A stretch of 64,000 bases of DNA from the NCBI GenBank assembly GCA_040357565.1, contig JBDODJ010000011.1; one strand, 5' to 3'. Shown here one piece after another: positions 22,168 to 36,251 of this stretch (position 1 is its first letter; every line of letters begins with the position of its first letter). This DNA is from Cercozoa sp. M6MM (lineage: Eukaryota > Protista > Endomyxa: Ascetosporea). A program made the position numbers and the translations under genes. The notes beneath the pieces are model-generated. The model was not told the origin of the DNA and did not search any database. It saw only the letters and a list, made by a program, of their open reading frames with translations.

Positions 22168-25100
22168 ATGGCCAAACGGCGTCGTCTTTCTGGTATACTC
22201 GTCGAGAAATTTGTGCGACTTATCCTCAGTCTTGGTCTTTTTTTTGTATTTGTGTGCTCGTAGGCGTTTCGCCGCGGTCGCGTTCGCGATCACCGGCACG
22301 CACACGTGCCGTTCGGCCACGGTACAGTTGTGTAAGCTTTGTGAATCGATCTAGAGGAGAGTGGTGTGCACAGGAGCGAGGACGCCAGTCCTTCGGCAAA
22401 CGCGACTTTTCTGTAGCTTTTTTGAAAGAGCTTTTTTTGGAAGAAACGCTTGTCGCTGTTGTTTTGCATTTTCTTTCTAACGTTAACAGGAAAGATGGCT
22501 GGGTGTTGACGACGCTCATTCTACTCTTTTTCGTACCGTTAGACTGCTAACTGACTGCAAAACTCGTCTTGACTATCGACATTAACTGTGCTGACAGGTC
22601 AATGTGGTGGCCTACGTGGACCGCTATCTGCTGCTGTTTTTCGACAAGCTAATGTCACTCGCGATGCCGATTGAGTTGTCGCCATGGCTGTGGGCTGGTA
22701 CAATTCGCTCGCTCTGTGCTCTGTTTCAACGAATGCGTGTACACCGCAGTTGTGACGGGACCCAACTTCACCTTGCCTCTGTGCATTGGTTTGATTCTTT
22801 GGGTAGCTTTCTTGCTCTCTGTTGTTGTGCAGCTGTAACAACCGACAAACCGTTTGTTTCTGTTAAAGGGGTTCCTCGGTGATCGCATTCCACGCACGCA
22901 ATTGCTCATCGTCGGACTTTTGCTGCTGTCGTCTTGCACGTGGTTCCTTTGGCCTTGCAAAGCGAAAGAGCGTCTGTGAGTGTGAGTTGAGATGTTCTCT
23001 GTCGTATCAGTTTGTTGGCGAACGTGCGCGAAATCTGGCAGCTGCTTCTTTTGCGAGCTGGCATCGGTACGCAAAACACTTGCAAGTGTCCTATCTTTTA
23101 CTCTGTCGCAACTCTGACTCGTCGGACATAATCTGCAGGACTGTCCCAGGCGGCCGTGTTGCCACTTTGTGTCGCACAACTGGCCGATCAGTTTCCTGCG
23201 CAGCACAGAGGTACACTTTTGCTTTGTGCTGTTTGTCCTGTCACAACATCAAAACCTCAGGCAAAGCAATGAGCGTGTTCTGGGTCGGATCCTACTTCGG
23301 ATACGCTGTAACACACCCACCCCTGATGTTCCATTATAACTCTACACAAGCGCACACACAAGTCAGGGTTGCCTCTGTGCTTTTGTAGATCTCTTTGTCC
23401 GGTGGCTACGGTGTTGGCATTCATTTCGGTCGGAAATATATCTTCCGCGCGGCTGCACTTTTCGGTTTATTGCTTTCTTTGAGTGAGTGACCTCAAGGTT
23501 TCTTACCCTGTGCCAAACTTAGGCGCCGTCGCGGCCTTTTTGCTGCTGCTGTTCGCGATTGTGCAACGATTTGTGCTGAAACCGAGGTAAAATGAGGAGT
23601 CAACTTGACTGGATTCGACTTCAAGTTCGTTTCTCGATTTATGTTGCACAGAAGGCAACGTCGTCGACGAAGGAAACGAAACGGACGACGCAACAGGTTT
23701 TATTTTGTTTCTTTTGAAGAGAGTGTATTTGAGAGAAAGAGAGTGTGTGTGAGAGAAAGAGTGTGTGTGTGAGAGAGATTTTTCTGTCTGCTTTCGGTGA
23801 TTTCGGTGATGCTTTCGGTGATGCTTTCGATGCTGCAGTGGTGCGCAACGTCGCAATCGGCGTCGCAATCGGTAGTTCTGATTTGAGCTCGTCTTCCTGC
23901 AGGACCGGAGAAGAAGAGTTAAAAATGAAACAGGAGGCACCTGGAGACAATCGATGAGCACTACGCACTGTACTCGGAAGCCGTGCCTGTTGGAGAGGTA
24001 CACACACAGCTTGGCACAAAGGCCATAGTACCTTGTATTCACAGGCACTGAGCTACCTGATCCACGCACCTGCCCTGCTCGGTCTGACTGTGGTATGCTC
24101 ACCTTCTATTGCAAGGACACACATGTCTCGCCTCTAAGTGTCGCACTGGCTGAGCAGGCGGCCACGATTCGATCGGCCGCGACCGAGATTTGGATGTATT
24201 ACGCCTTTGACTTCTTCGTGGCCTACGTGAGTCCCTCTGTGTGGATATGCTGTGTATAGTATAGATCTAGTGTCTATCTATATTAGTATACATATATATA
24301 TATATAAATATTTGTGTATGTGCAGAGAAAACAACCAGTGGCCGACGTAGCACTGTGGCTTGGTCTGGCACCGCTGGGAGGTGTGCACTTGCTCCTTCCT
24401 GCTGCTTTTTTCCTAAGTCAGTTCCCTGCAACAGGCATTCTTGGTGCACTTGCGTCTGGCATCTTTAGCGATAAGCGGCAGCAGTCAGGTGACTCCTTGT
24501 GTGTGTCTGTGTCTGTGTCTGTGTCTGTGTCTGTGTGTCTGTGTGTCTGTGTGTCTGTGTGTCTGTGTGTCTGTGTGTGTGTGTGTCTGTGTGTGTGTGT
24601 GTGTGTCCACCTGACTGTATGGATTGGGTGCAGGCGGACTGTCGGCGCGCGTGGCCGTGGCGGTGGCGACGCAGCTGCTGGCGGTGCCTCTGGGCGCGCT
24701 GGCGCTGCTGCTGGAGGGTCGTGAGGCCCTCTACGTCACGCCCGTCGTCTTTGTCTTCTCCGAGGCCTGGGCACCTGCTGCTGTGAGTCCACACTGTGCA
24801 CCCATATACAATGTCCTTGTCTACTATCTAGGACTCCTGTGTTGACAGGTCTCGGCCTTTGCAGAGTTGTCACCGCGTCGCATGCGTGCCTCGCTGTTCT
24901 CGCTGCACGCCGTTGTTGTCTTCTCGGGCAGCGGTCTGGCCACGCTACTGCATCCGTCGCTTAAGGCCGCGTTCGATGGTACAGTGCACCCTGGAATGAA
25001 TTCGACTGGACTGGACTGAACTAGCGGGCTGGACAATGTGTGTAGCGATCAACGCGCCGCGAACGACGCTGCTGACGATGCTGACGCTGTTCCCGGGCCT

Positions 25101-25761
25101 CGTGCTCGTGGCGGCACTCGTGTTCCGACTCGTGCAGAATGTACTGCCTCTTCTCCCTTTCGCTTTCTTTCGTTGTATTCACATAATGTGTTCCTTCTTT
25201 CTCCCTCAAAATAGTCGGTCAGGAAACGTGGCGTCGGCGAGGATTTCCTGCGGTGGCAGGAGACGCAGTCGACCGGTGCGACGGTACCTTTGTCTCTGTC
25301 TATCTGTTGTCTGACTGACTGACCATGCATGTGTGTTCTCTCTCACTCAGCTCAAGGAGGGTCTGCTGGAGGAAGACGAATGCTCTGCGCGCAATTGGAG
25401 TCTCAACGATGAGGTGGCCTGTGCTTACCCCCCCCCCCCCCCTTCTTAGTGCCCCCCCTTGCGCCTGCCTCTTTACCCTTTAACCCCCCCCCCTCCTTCT
25501 CCAGGCTCTCGCACTGGCCGAGGAAATCGCAGACGATCAGGACTATAGTGACGTTGACATCGACTCTGTCGAAGACAGGTAGAGACTGCTATGCACGCAC
25601 ACACACACCCTGCATACCTTACTGTGTCCGGTAGACTGCTCCCTCACTCGGACTCGGGCATGATTCCGAGTGTTGGCATTGTGATCGCCGACGCCGACCA
25701 CGATATCAACGGTAGCGCCGAAACGAAGTGCACTGGTAGTCAAGACAGTGACGAGCGGTGA
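22168..25761 (+). CDS. Major facilitator superfamily transporter (Spinster-like); multi-exon
   Basis: TM1 FVNVVAYVDRY; motif A GFLGDRIPR; second-half GALASGIFSDKR; many hydrophobic exons; TGA at 25759-25761. Confidence 0.75.
24498..24606 (+). repeat. (TGTGTC/TG)n compound microsatellite in an MFS intron
   Basis: Directly visible. Confidence 0.95.
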
Positions 25762-25883
25762 CCTGCCTGTATGATCAAAAGGAACTCCCCAAACTAGAGT
25801 TCGTTATGTGTACTTAAATTAAAGCATCGATAGTCGATTAAAAACGAAACCCTGTGCTGAACGACCTTTCCGTTCTTTATTGC

Positions 25884-26782
25884 TCATCGTCTCTCTTGTT
25901 GTTGTTGTTGTTGTTGTTTCTGCTGCTGCTGTTGTTGTTGTTGCTGCAGCTGCGGCTGTAGGTGAGGCGGCGAAGCAAAGGGCGAGAAGTGTGGAACGAA
26001 GGGCGACGGTGCAGGCATGTGCGGCGGCGGGCCGACGTGGTGGTGCATCATGGGCGGCGGTGGCATCATCGACGCCATCGGCATGAGCGGCGGTGGCACC
26101 TGCATGTGCGGCGGCAGCGACGGGTGCATCGGCGGCGACTTGAGCGACGGCGTGCCGGTCGGCGTGTTGTTCGTCGTGGTGTCCATCATCATCGACGTCA
26201 TCTGCGCCGCCAGTGCATGCTGCAGCTGTTGCTGCTGTCCGGGACCGCTCAGGTGCTGCTGGTGGTGCTGATGGTGCCGTTGCTGCGTCGGCTCCAGCAT
26301 GAAGTCGTCCCCTGGCGAGACAAAGGCACCGAATGGCGGTACCTGCGTGCACACGTTGACACAGATACAGCTACACATACAGAGAGGGGAAGACGGAAAG
26401 CTACAGTGTCAGAGACGGTGGTGTCGGTGCCCCAGAGGCCAAACACATCGCTGCTGCTGCTGCCGGTTCGCGTGGCCGGACCGAACGCGTTCGACGTCAC
26501 GTCATGCGCCGGCGCGTTCCATGGGTTGTCCGCCGGTACCAGCACCGACTCTAATCACATAGGGGTATGTACACATAGGGGTATGTACATAGGTACACAG
26601 ATCCTGAGTAATGACGACGGGGGGGGGTCTACCCGAGGTGAGGGGAGCAGAAATCTCGTGCGACAGCGGCGGCGACGGGTGCACGTGTGGCGGTGGTCTC
26701 TCTGTCGGCACCAGGGGCGGCGTCGCGATCGACGGCACTAGGTTCGACGCTATCGTCGGTGCCTGCAGTACACACATACACA

Positions 26783-26837
<55 letters not shown>

Positions 26838-26847
26838 NNNNNNNNNN

Positions 26848-26900
<53 letters not shown>

Positions 26901-27261
26901 TCACAACGCCTACGAATTTCCGGTAAGTGGTACCGAGGTCGGAGGCGTTAGTGGCGGCAGGAAGGACTCGGGCAGCGCGTGCACGGGCGGCGTGCGGCGC
27001 GCGCGGTGTCGCGGAGTCGTGGTGGCAGATGACGCCGTCGACGTGGAGACACTCGCACTGGTGGGTACACTGGTGGTGGCACTGGTGGTGGCACTACTGC
27101 CTACGGCACTGGTGGCACTGACACGCGACTTGGAGGCCTTGCCCTTGGTGGGCGTCTTGGGTGCCACGGCCTTGAGGATCGTCGCCGTCGGCGGCTGCTG
27201 CGTGGCCGCCGCATTCTTCTTTCGCCTGCGCCGGCGCTTCTTCTTCTCCTCCTGCACGCGC

Positions 27262-27294
<33 letters not shown>

Positions 27295-30200
27295 TACACA
27301 TACATACACATACACATACACACACATACACACACACCTAGGTGCCAACATACACAGACACACAGCAAGTAAACATACCGTGGTGGCCGTGCCTTCCGCA
27401 GACGCAGGCGCAGTCTGCTTGACGGCGGCAGAGGTCTGTCATACACCTCGCTATCCCAGTTTACACCAGAGGAGACGAAAGACGCACCTTGGCTTCCACC
27501 GCCGAGGCGAGTTTCTTCTTTCGCTCGGCCAGCATGCGCTCATAGGCTTCCTCCTGTCAAACACACGTCTATCTTTTTGTGTATCTATATATATATATAT
27601 CTGTCTACGTGCACATATAAGGGGAGCACACCTCGACCTTCTTTTGCCTCTCTTCCTCCTTCTGTCGCTTTTCGGCCTCAACTGTGCCAAAGGAGAAAAG
27701 ACAATGGTTCACCGGCAAGGCAAGGAGACACAAGGCATGTGAACAGTGCTACGTTTCTGCTGCTCGAGTTGGCGCTGCTGCTGCGCCTTGTGCTCGCTCT
27801 CCTCGGCGGTGCGTTCGTTTCGCAGTCGCTCCTTCTTGCGCTTCCTCTTATCGCGCTTCCTGTGCCGATCAGAGACATGAAAAGACATGACTCAAAAAAG
27901 GCACACAAGCACACACACAGACACAGGAAGTTGCCGCTCGTTACTTTTGCTTCTGCAGCTGCAGATTGTCGGCGATGGACGGGTGCTCCTCGAGCTCGGC
28001 GTCGCTCTTTCGTGGCTCGCCTCGCGTGACGCACTCGATCCAGTCCGACCACTCGCCTGAGGGTGGGGGTACGAGTAAAGGGGCAAACGGTCAGGGCAGG
28101 GACCAGGGGCAGTACCCGTGCCAGCGAAGGTCTGACAGCGCACGCGCACAAAGACGTGCCACTGCGCCAGCAGGTTGGGCACAGTGTACTTGAGTGCCTG
28201 GCCCTTGTAGACCACATGGCGTGTCTTTCCGGGTGCACCTACCTCCTGTACACAAAGGGAGGGGTAGTCTCTGGTTCTGACACGAGTCAGAGCCCAAGAG
28301 TACACAGGGAGTGCGCGACGCGGCAAGTTCCACTTCGTACAGCGTTACGTCGATGCGCGTGCTGGGCCGCGACCAGGTCACCTCGACTGCGCACTCCTGC
28401 GGCACCAGTTCTGGCGTCTCCATTCTGTCGCACAGAACTCACGTCAACCAACCAGTCGATCCTTTAAGCTGTGCACTACCTGGGACACGGATCAAAGTCC
28501 TCGGTAACGACGCTTTCTTTCAGTTTCGTCTCTGGCTCCTTCTGCAGCTTTTGCTCCTCCTAAACACAAAAACACACCAACTTTCTATCGAAACAAAAGC
28601 AGAAAACAAACACAATGCACCTTTCGTTGCTGCAGTTTGTTGCGTAACCTTTCTTTGGTTCTACTCGTTCCTTTCGGGTTCTTTTTCGGTGCCGCCTGCA
28701 ACAAAAAACGGTGGTTTATTCACCCCAAAATCAAGTTTAAAGCTAAAGCAAAACACCTGCGGAGCAGCCGTTGTCGCAGCTGGCGTTGGTGCCGGTGCAG
28801 GCGTTGGCTCGACTGCCGTCTCTTCCTGTCAGTCAGGGATCGAAAGTAAATAATGAAAGGAAGAAATGAAAGGAAGTTGGAAGGAAGTGATTAAAGCTCG
28901 AACGGAAGAAACGAAAGGAAGTTGAAAGAAATACCACGAACTGCTCAACCTGCGCCTGCAATTCGGCTTGCGTCTCGAGTGCACGCGAGCTGTCCATCGG
29001 TTCCGGCGCCGGTGCATTTCGCAGACCGCAGCAGGGACACTGCAACTCAGTAAATTGCGCTTTATCGTATTAAAATGTTACACAAGAGCAACGGTACGTG
29101 ATGCTCGTCGCTCGCACTAGGAGCAGTCAGACCGGGCACAAGCGACATGCCCATGGTGGACCCAGTGTCGTATCCGACGAGACCGTCCGGCATCAGTTGC
29201 GCCTCTTCGAGGTTCTTCTGCTGCTTTTCGTTTTGAATGATGTGGTTATCGGTTTTCAACCACACACAACACGAGAGCGAGGGGGTACCTTGAGTGTGCT
29301 TCGTGCAGCATCGTTTAAAAAAGCTGAGTCGTAGAACAAAAGGAAAGCCGAGTCGCTGTCTTCTGATGGCGCAAGCGACATCATCTCTCGGTACTCGCGT
29401 TCGCCTTCTGGCTCGGATCGCCTGTGTCTGTTTCGGCGAAGCAGTTCGCGAACCGCATAGAACAGTGCTTTCGTCAGCTACAAAGTCAAGATATTTGCGA
29501 TGAAGCATACTTTAGGTAGTGCACGTTATAGATGAGACTGCAAGAAACGCTGTCACAATACCTCAGTGAAGTAAGTGCCAGCATCATTTTGGTGACTCAC
29601 GACAGGATGCACTCGCCACGACAACTCGCGGTACGCGTTGAAGCACAATCGCGCCGTTTGAACATCTGACGGCGTCTCGTGTACCTGTTTAGCACAAGTT
29701 TCAAGGATGCAGCCAAAATAATCATGCCGTCGAAAAACCAAAAACACTCTCAAACCAGCGTTTTTTGGCAATTTCAACGCAAAAAAACATTGACCCCCTC
29801 AACATGAAAGATGCTAGGCGATATACCTGTAAAAGCGCCAAGCACTGTTTTAGTGATGGACGCGACGACAGCATGTCGTGCTTCTCTTGGAGCGAGCCAC
29901 AAAAAAGATGATTTTCTCGACAAGGCTCGGTGTCCTGGTACGGCTACACAGTCTAACAACAGCGTACACACGCCGTAGAAACCGCGTTCAGGCGCGTTGA
30001 GATCAATCAGCTGTAAATAAAAATTATTGATGCGGGTACAGGACGGTTGCGGCTGGGGGCTTTTTTGTGCTGGGCGCAAGACAGGCGTGTTTTGGCGGCA
30101 AGTTGCCACCCGGACGTTTTGGGTGTTTTGAGCACCAGGAACGTTACGACTAGCAACAGCAGTCCTTTGGTTGTAATGACCCGGCTAAGACGGCATGCCG

Positions 30201-30300
30201 GCTTTTTTGGGCAGTCGAAGGTACAGTTCTTCTTGCCCTGACCGCGAGATCGCTTAGTCCATCACTGTGTCGTTTATGGCGGACAGCTAATTTTTGTGGG
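25884..30300 (-). CDS. Large protein with a fibronectin type III domain, a charged coiled coil and a Pro/Gln/Thr-rich C-terminus; 5' end uncertain
   Basis: FN3 pattern VEVTWSRP...LYEVEL...VYKGQALKYTVPNL...FVRVRCQTFAG.GEWSDW; Lys/Arg-rich exons; poly-Q end at 25884. Confidence 0.6.
26770..26897 (-). repeat. (TG)n on the sense strand of an FN3-gene intron (contains a gap)
   Basis: (CA)n on the + strand. Confidence 0.95.
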
Positions 30301-30657
30301 ACGAGGTTCTCTGCATCTGGGTGAATTGGCACGCCAGCGCGGCGCTACAGTGTTAAAACCAAGGCAAGTGAAACAACTGCTCTCTAGCGCCCAAGTTCAC
30401 AACAGTACTGTACCCTTTTTGGTTGGTGCGCCTGTCACACTCAATTTCTGTTTTCATTCAGTCATCGCAGTAGCTGACCCTGACTCCCGCTCTGAAACCA
30501 ATGTGTGACTGTTTTTGAAGACAGACTGTATACTCCCCGATAAGGGACATATTGGAGTTTGCCTATAGAGAAAATTGGAGGAGTTTCTCAAACACGGAGT
30601 GGTTGATCAGACTTTATTCCGTTGCAATTGCATGCCTCTGATATCAGTAGAGATGTA

Positions 30658-31678
30658 GACTATCGTCAGCAACGAGTGGTTCCACAACAGCGTGGAACAA
30701 CGCCAGCTGCTCCCTGTTGATCAGTACGCACACCCGCAGTCCAGCTTGAGTCGGAAACTCAAGCAACAGCCACCGCAGCTGCAGTCCGAGAGTGCGGCAG
30801 TCGAAAGCTCTCTCAAACACGCAGCTGCAGTCAACGCGGACCTTGATGAGAGCGTGTCCTTGTCGCAGAGTGCTGCTACCGAGTACGAAACAGGCACTGA
30901 CTCGGACGAGTCGATGCAGGTCGCGATTGCAAGCACGAGTGACGACTCGGACGAGGAAACTGATGACTCTCGACCTTTGGGTACAGTACAGTATTATGGT
31001 TCAGTACAAGCAAGTCCAAATTGTTGTTACGACAGCAAAGTGCATCCCGGTGCCGCTGCTCCAGTGGCACCGACAGCAGCGACAGTGGGTGCAACAGCGA
31101 GGCTACCGTTGCCACTGCGTGCCTTTCGCGTGTATCTCAAAACTATAAAGCTTCAAGTACTATATCTGGTCCTGCTTACAGGCACGTGCGATCAGTGCGG
31201 TGCTCGGTACGAGCCGGAGTTGTTCGACCCAGCGGCGGCAACTCGTGGCTTTGGTCTCAGCGAGTGCACTTGGTGTCGGTACCGTGTGTCCTAGCTAGCT
31301 ACTGTCAGTGTAGTACTTCTGATGTCTTTGCTTGCTTGTGCTGGACATGATGAGTGTTCACAGGGCACTGCACACTGTGCAACTCAACAACGTTAACCAA
31401 CAACGACCCTCGCAACTGAAGAATCTGCCTGTAGCTTCTGCTGACTCAAAGGACAGTGTCAGATCCATCACATTGCGATGCAAGTAAGTTACTCTCTCCA
31501 TAAACACAACTAAAATCTCTCGAATGCAAGGTATTCCATGGTCAGACGCTGCAAGCACCGTGAGATGCACCAGTTGGCTGCCAACACGGAACAACTACAG
31601 TCGCTTGCCTGCGCCAACTGCAAACAGTCGTTTGAAGTGCTCCGACACGAACTCGCTCAAGCACTCGCGATGCGCTGA
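30658..31678 (+). CDS. Hypothetical protein with CxxC zinc-ribbon pairs; start uncertain
   Basis: Acidic/Ser-rich exon, then CDQC...CTWC and CKRC...CANC pairs across GT-AG introns; TGA at 31676-31678. Confidence 0.5.
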
Positions 31679-31723
31679 ATTCGAAGGAATTGAAGTTTGA
31701 ATTCTTGGGAATTTCTTTAGTCG

Positions 31724-32015
31724 TCTTCAATACCTTAGTTGTTACTGACGGTTGTCAGTGAAAAGAACTAAATAGAAGTAAGTCGTCAATTGGACGAAGC
31801 GAGGGAATCAATCAGTTTGTAGAAGCGAAGTGAAGAATTGCCCCAACTGGGTTCTTACGTCAAACTAGACAGAGTCGTAGACGGAATAAAAACCCCTTCT
31901 CTCAGCTGATGCCAAAATGAGGTTTCTCCTTAACTCTTCTTTCTCTTTTGGGAGACCAACTGGTCTGTCTGGGTTTATCCCCGCGGAGACTGCATAATCT
32001 GAGTCAGTCTGTAAC
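31724..32015 (+). repeat. Dispersed repeat family B copy (possible non-autonomous mobile element or decayed gene fragment)
   Basis: Collinear with the reverse complement of 48125-48561 (tgttactgacg..gtcagtgaaaagaact; agaagcgaagtgaagaatt.ccccaactgggttctt; atccccgcg.agactgcat.atctgagtcagtct). Confidence 0.85.
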
Positions 32016-32109
32016 ATAAACACTAGTAGATAAACGATATCTTGAAGTGAACTTCATTCCATTCGCCAGCCGCGCTAACGTAAGCGAGTACAGTCGAGTA
32101 AAAATCGAG

Positions 32110-35100
32110 TCAGTGACCGAGTCCAGCCGAACCGTCACGGTCGGCGAAGCGAACACGACGATAGAAAGCGAGGTACGCCTGCGCACTGAGTGCCTCTCGC
32201 AGACTACTTTCGTACACCTACAGATCGAGATGCGACATCAATCAGCATGCAAAGGCATGCGTAAATTACTTATCTGTTTGTAAATATTATGCACATATAT
32301 ATATATATGATAAATCAGACAAGCACCTGTGCATCACTGCAGTAGAACCAGCGACCGCGATTGTTGATGTCGTTAGACAACTCGGGAGCCACTGAGGCTA
32401 CGCTGCAGTCGACGTAGGCCACGTAGTGTCCTCCAGACATGCTGCCCGAGTGAACGACAATGCCGTAGAGTCGGTAGACGACGTCTTCATTCGACGTGTC
32501 ATCTGACCATAGATACATCTAATCTCACACATAAATTTAGATACAAAGAAATACCCAAGCACCCCGGCGGTATACGCAGCGTCTCCTGCAGTCGCACGTG
32601 CCGATTGTCCTTGTGCATGTGCCCAAAACCACCGTGCCCGCCAAAGCTGCCTCTGCGGCCCTTGCGTCGCTTGCCTCCGCCGAGCAGTCGACCGTCCTCG
32701 CGCGTGAATCGCTTCTGCGTTTGCCAACAAACACACATGTTTTACCTTTCAGTTTTTCAGCTCCAGTTTTCGTTGCACCACGTGCGACATGAGAAAAAAA
32801 ACTCGTGAATACAAAATGCAGCGTCAAGATTTGCGGCAGATGTGCGGCACTCAGTCTGCAGTCAACATAACTAGTCAAGTATAGCTTTGACTTTAGAAAA
32901 AGGACCGTACAGGGTGCGTCGGATGGCATCACGTTTCACTGGCCGCATCTCGTCTGTTGAATTGGTGTTTTCTCCAGTTGTGCTCTGTGAAAAGGGTTTT
33001 GAAGTACCAGTTTCGCCCAGTAGCGATGCGACGTGCTTGGTGCAGTTCTCACAGACGTACTTCTGCCAGCAGGGGGAAAGCAACCAGGTCAGTGCATTGT
33101 CGGGTTAAAACAAAAGGGTTGACACACCTCGTCGTTGCAGAGCACCTCGGGAGCGCAAAAGTGAACTAAGCAATTCTCGTCGCTCAGTTCGCTCTGCTCA
33201 TCGCTGCAGAGGGTACTTTGCGAAGAGTAAAGTGAAGCCAGGAGGGGGGGGGGGGGGGNNNNNNNNNNNNNNNNNNNNNNNNNNNNNNNNNNNNNNNNNN
33301 NNNNNNNNNNNNNNNNNNNNNNNNNNNNNNNNNNNNNNNNNNNNNNNNNNNNNNNNNNAAAATCCAAAAACACACGTTGCGTACTTTTCGAAAACTACCG
33401 TCCCCCCACGACCGGGGGTGGGGGCTAAAGAATCAGACCTAGGCAAAACGCTCTTCAAGCGTGCGATTTTCGCAACTTTCGGCGCGTCAGTTTCGCGACA
33501 AATCGCAGCAAATTCGCTCTCGTTTTCGTCTTCTTTCTCGCGCTAAAGCAACAGATTTATTTGAAAGAAAGCAGTTTTAGAAACAAATGGAACGTGTGTT
33601 TTGTGATTCTTTGAAGAACGTGGCAGCGTAACTTGAGTGCTTAACGACAGGGACAAATCGCTGTAGACTTCTTTCACTTCCTATACACGGGAGTCAAGAA
33701 GGTGGCTGGGAGTAAACAAAGGGTACCGACACATGCGAGCAAGCGAGACACTCAGTAGTGCTTTTAGCCGTGCCGCCAAACACACGCGAAATCACCGATT
33801 CACGCAGTCTCACTGAGAGGACAAACGATGAGTAGGGGGGGGGTAGAGGGATAAAGCAGGAGAAATACCATCCAGTCCGAGTGCAGCAATGTCACGCTGC
33901 AACAAGTCACCTGACTTGCATCTACCACATACAAATAGAATGGTGAAAAAGGAGATAAAAGGGGTTTAAAAGGGGGACTAAAAAGCAGATACCGCGCCAG
34001 AAAAGCGCGTACGAGCGCTTTTGCATCGTCGTTTAAATGCGACAAAACCGCGCTTTCTTTCGTCTTGCCCTACAGGAAGGGGAGGGGGTACAGAATTCAA
34101 GGGGAGTAAAGGGGGAGGAGTAAAACCAGTGCGACTTGCAGCCACGTGTCGCCGTCGCTCTGAGAGTCTTCTCGACAGATCGCTTGGCACACAGCGTCCA
34201 CTGCCCATTTATACCTCCCCCATTTATACCTCTCTCGTTTATACCTCTCTCATTAATGCTCCTCCACCATTCTCCCCTCCCCATTTACCCTATTGACCTC
34301 TCCCTCATTGACCTCCCCATTGACCTCCCCATTGACCCCCTGGCATGTGTACACTGGTCAGAGTCGAGAGTCGACAGTCGTTGCTGACACAGCGGCTGCA
34401 GCAAGGATGCGCGGCGTTTCTGCCACTCGTCCTGCATCGCACTCAGCACCAGTCTGCGTCACTCACAAAAGGTACCAGTACATCCTACTTCCTCCTGTTT
34501 GTGGTCCCAACTGATTGATATCAACTTTCACCCCAGCAAACAAAAAGTACCGCAACAACTCGTGCGCGTCCTGCTGCCGTCCGACGCGAAAGGACGAATC
34601 GACACGCGCCACTTCGCGCAGCAAAGTCGACGGTCGCACCGGACCTGGAGATCAAGGGTTCACAGTGAGTGAACAGTATGAAAGGTATATGACACAGCAA
34701 AAACAAATGGGGTTCAGAGAACAACAAAGAGGAAACGAGGCACCTTTGCCAGAGACTCCGTAGTATTCTTGCAGCAGAAAATGCGTCAGCACTTTCGCCA
34801 TTCGACCGCCTTCGCTTGCTTCTCGTAAAGCCTGGATTTTTGAACTGTTTAGTTTTTTGCTTTCATAACTGCAAAAAAAGAGAAAATCAAGCGAAACCTG
34901 CAGAAGTGGCGCTGTCTTGGCCAGGCACTGCATGACCGAGTTGAAGAAACACGTGTTTCCGCAATTGCTTCACAAAGCACACAAAGATCAACACACTAAA
35001 GAACGCGTCAAAGGTGCTTTACACTAGCCCACGCAGACAACTTGAGTTGCCTTCAATCAGACGTACTTTTGACAGGTCCAGTTCGCTAAAGCACAAAGCA

Positions 35101-36013
35101 CCGAAACTGGGTCAGAACTTGGCTGAAAAAAACTCAAGAATCGAAATGAAACCCAATGATCGCATCATCGTCATCGCTCGTTTTGTTGGCATGCTTTCGA
35201 GCTCCCTTATGCCGCAGCTGCTTTTGTAGCACCTTGCACACCCTGTCTGCGATGACTTCCAACGCATGGTGCACGCGACTGCGAACAAACACGACAGCTG
35301 CAAATTGCCCAGCTGCAAATTGTTTTAAAAACAACAAGTAATACGGGTGCGATGCCGCACTGAAACCGAGTTGAGACAGCGGGACGGCACAAACTGCGCA
35401 CAGCGTCTCCTGAGTCTCTAAAGTCACCCAAAGCGCCTGTTTTCCAAAACAAAAAGCAATGCTCATTCAAGTTCCTGCGTTTAAATAGATTTAAACAGTC
35501 AGAAAAGAGTCAAAAGTACATGGTGAGAATGATTTCGGACGTGCTCGTCCGCATGTTCCTCACAGGCCTGTCAAACAAGCGGGTTTTATCTCGGCTCAAC
35601 TGAAAATGCTATCCAAGAAAAATACAAAAACTCCGCAGTGGGCACACAGTCGCAAATCGGCGAGTTTCGCAGTGCTGCAACTCTTACAATTTAGTGCTTT
35701 CTTTCCCTAAACAAGAAAAGCGAACAGTCGACTGATGTTAGAAACTAAATGGAGGACGCGTGTTTATTGATACCTTCTTGACTTTGGTGAGAACGCGTTC
35801 CACCTGCTGTTGTCGCACCGCTCGTGACACGTGTTCGCACTCGCACAGGTCGCTCGCATCGCTGTCGTAACCCTCGGACGGTGGTGGCACCTCTGCTGCA
35901 AGTCATCTCGTGTCATACATAAACTACATCCTCGCCATGGACATAAACTGCTGGCGGGAAGTACCTTGTTTAGACCGTTTGACGCCACTACGTTTGTTTT
36001 TCCTGCGCCCCAT
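32110..36013 (-). CDS. Ubiquitin-specific protease with N-terminal ZnF-UBP, USP16/USP45 family
   Basis: MGRRKNKR start; CECEH...CKSC...LCAHCG...HADEH ZnF-UBP; Cys box NCGNTCFFNSVMQCL; QQDAHELLR; His box YRLYGIVVHSGSMSGGHYVAYV; WFYCSDAQV; QAYLAFY. Confidence 0.9.
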
Positions 36014-36251
36014 GCTAGCTACACTTGCAAGCACACGCTCAAGATGCTGCAAATCGGCTGTAAAACAAGCGGCTACAATCGTAGCGCCGGTGGAATTTTT
36101 AAGACCGAAACCCAACACAGGCCGCGTATAGAACCTGTGCTGCTGTGTGTCGGTACTGTAGAACACTACCGGGTACCGTTTATTATGAGTTTAAGCGTTG
36201 TGGAAAGTTCTTAAGTGTACTTTCTTGGAGTTTGTTTTTGTTTTTAGCAGA

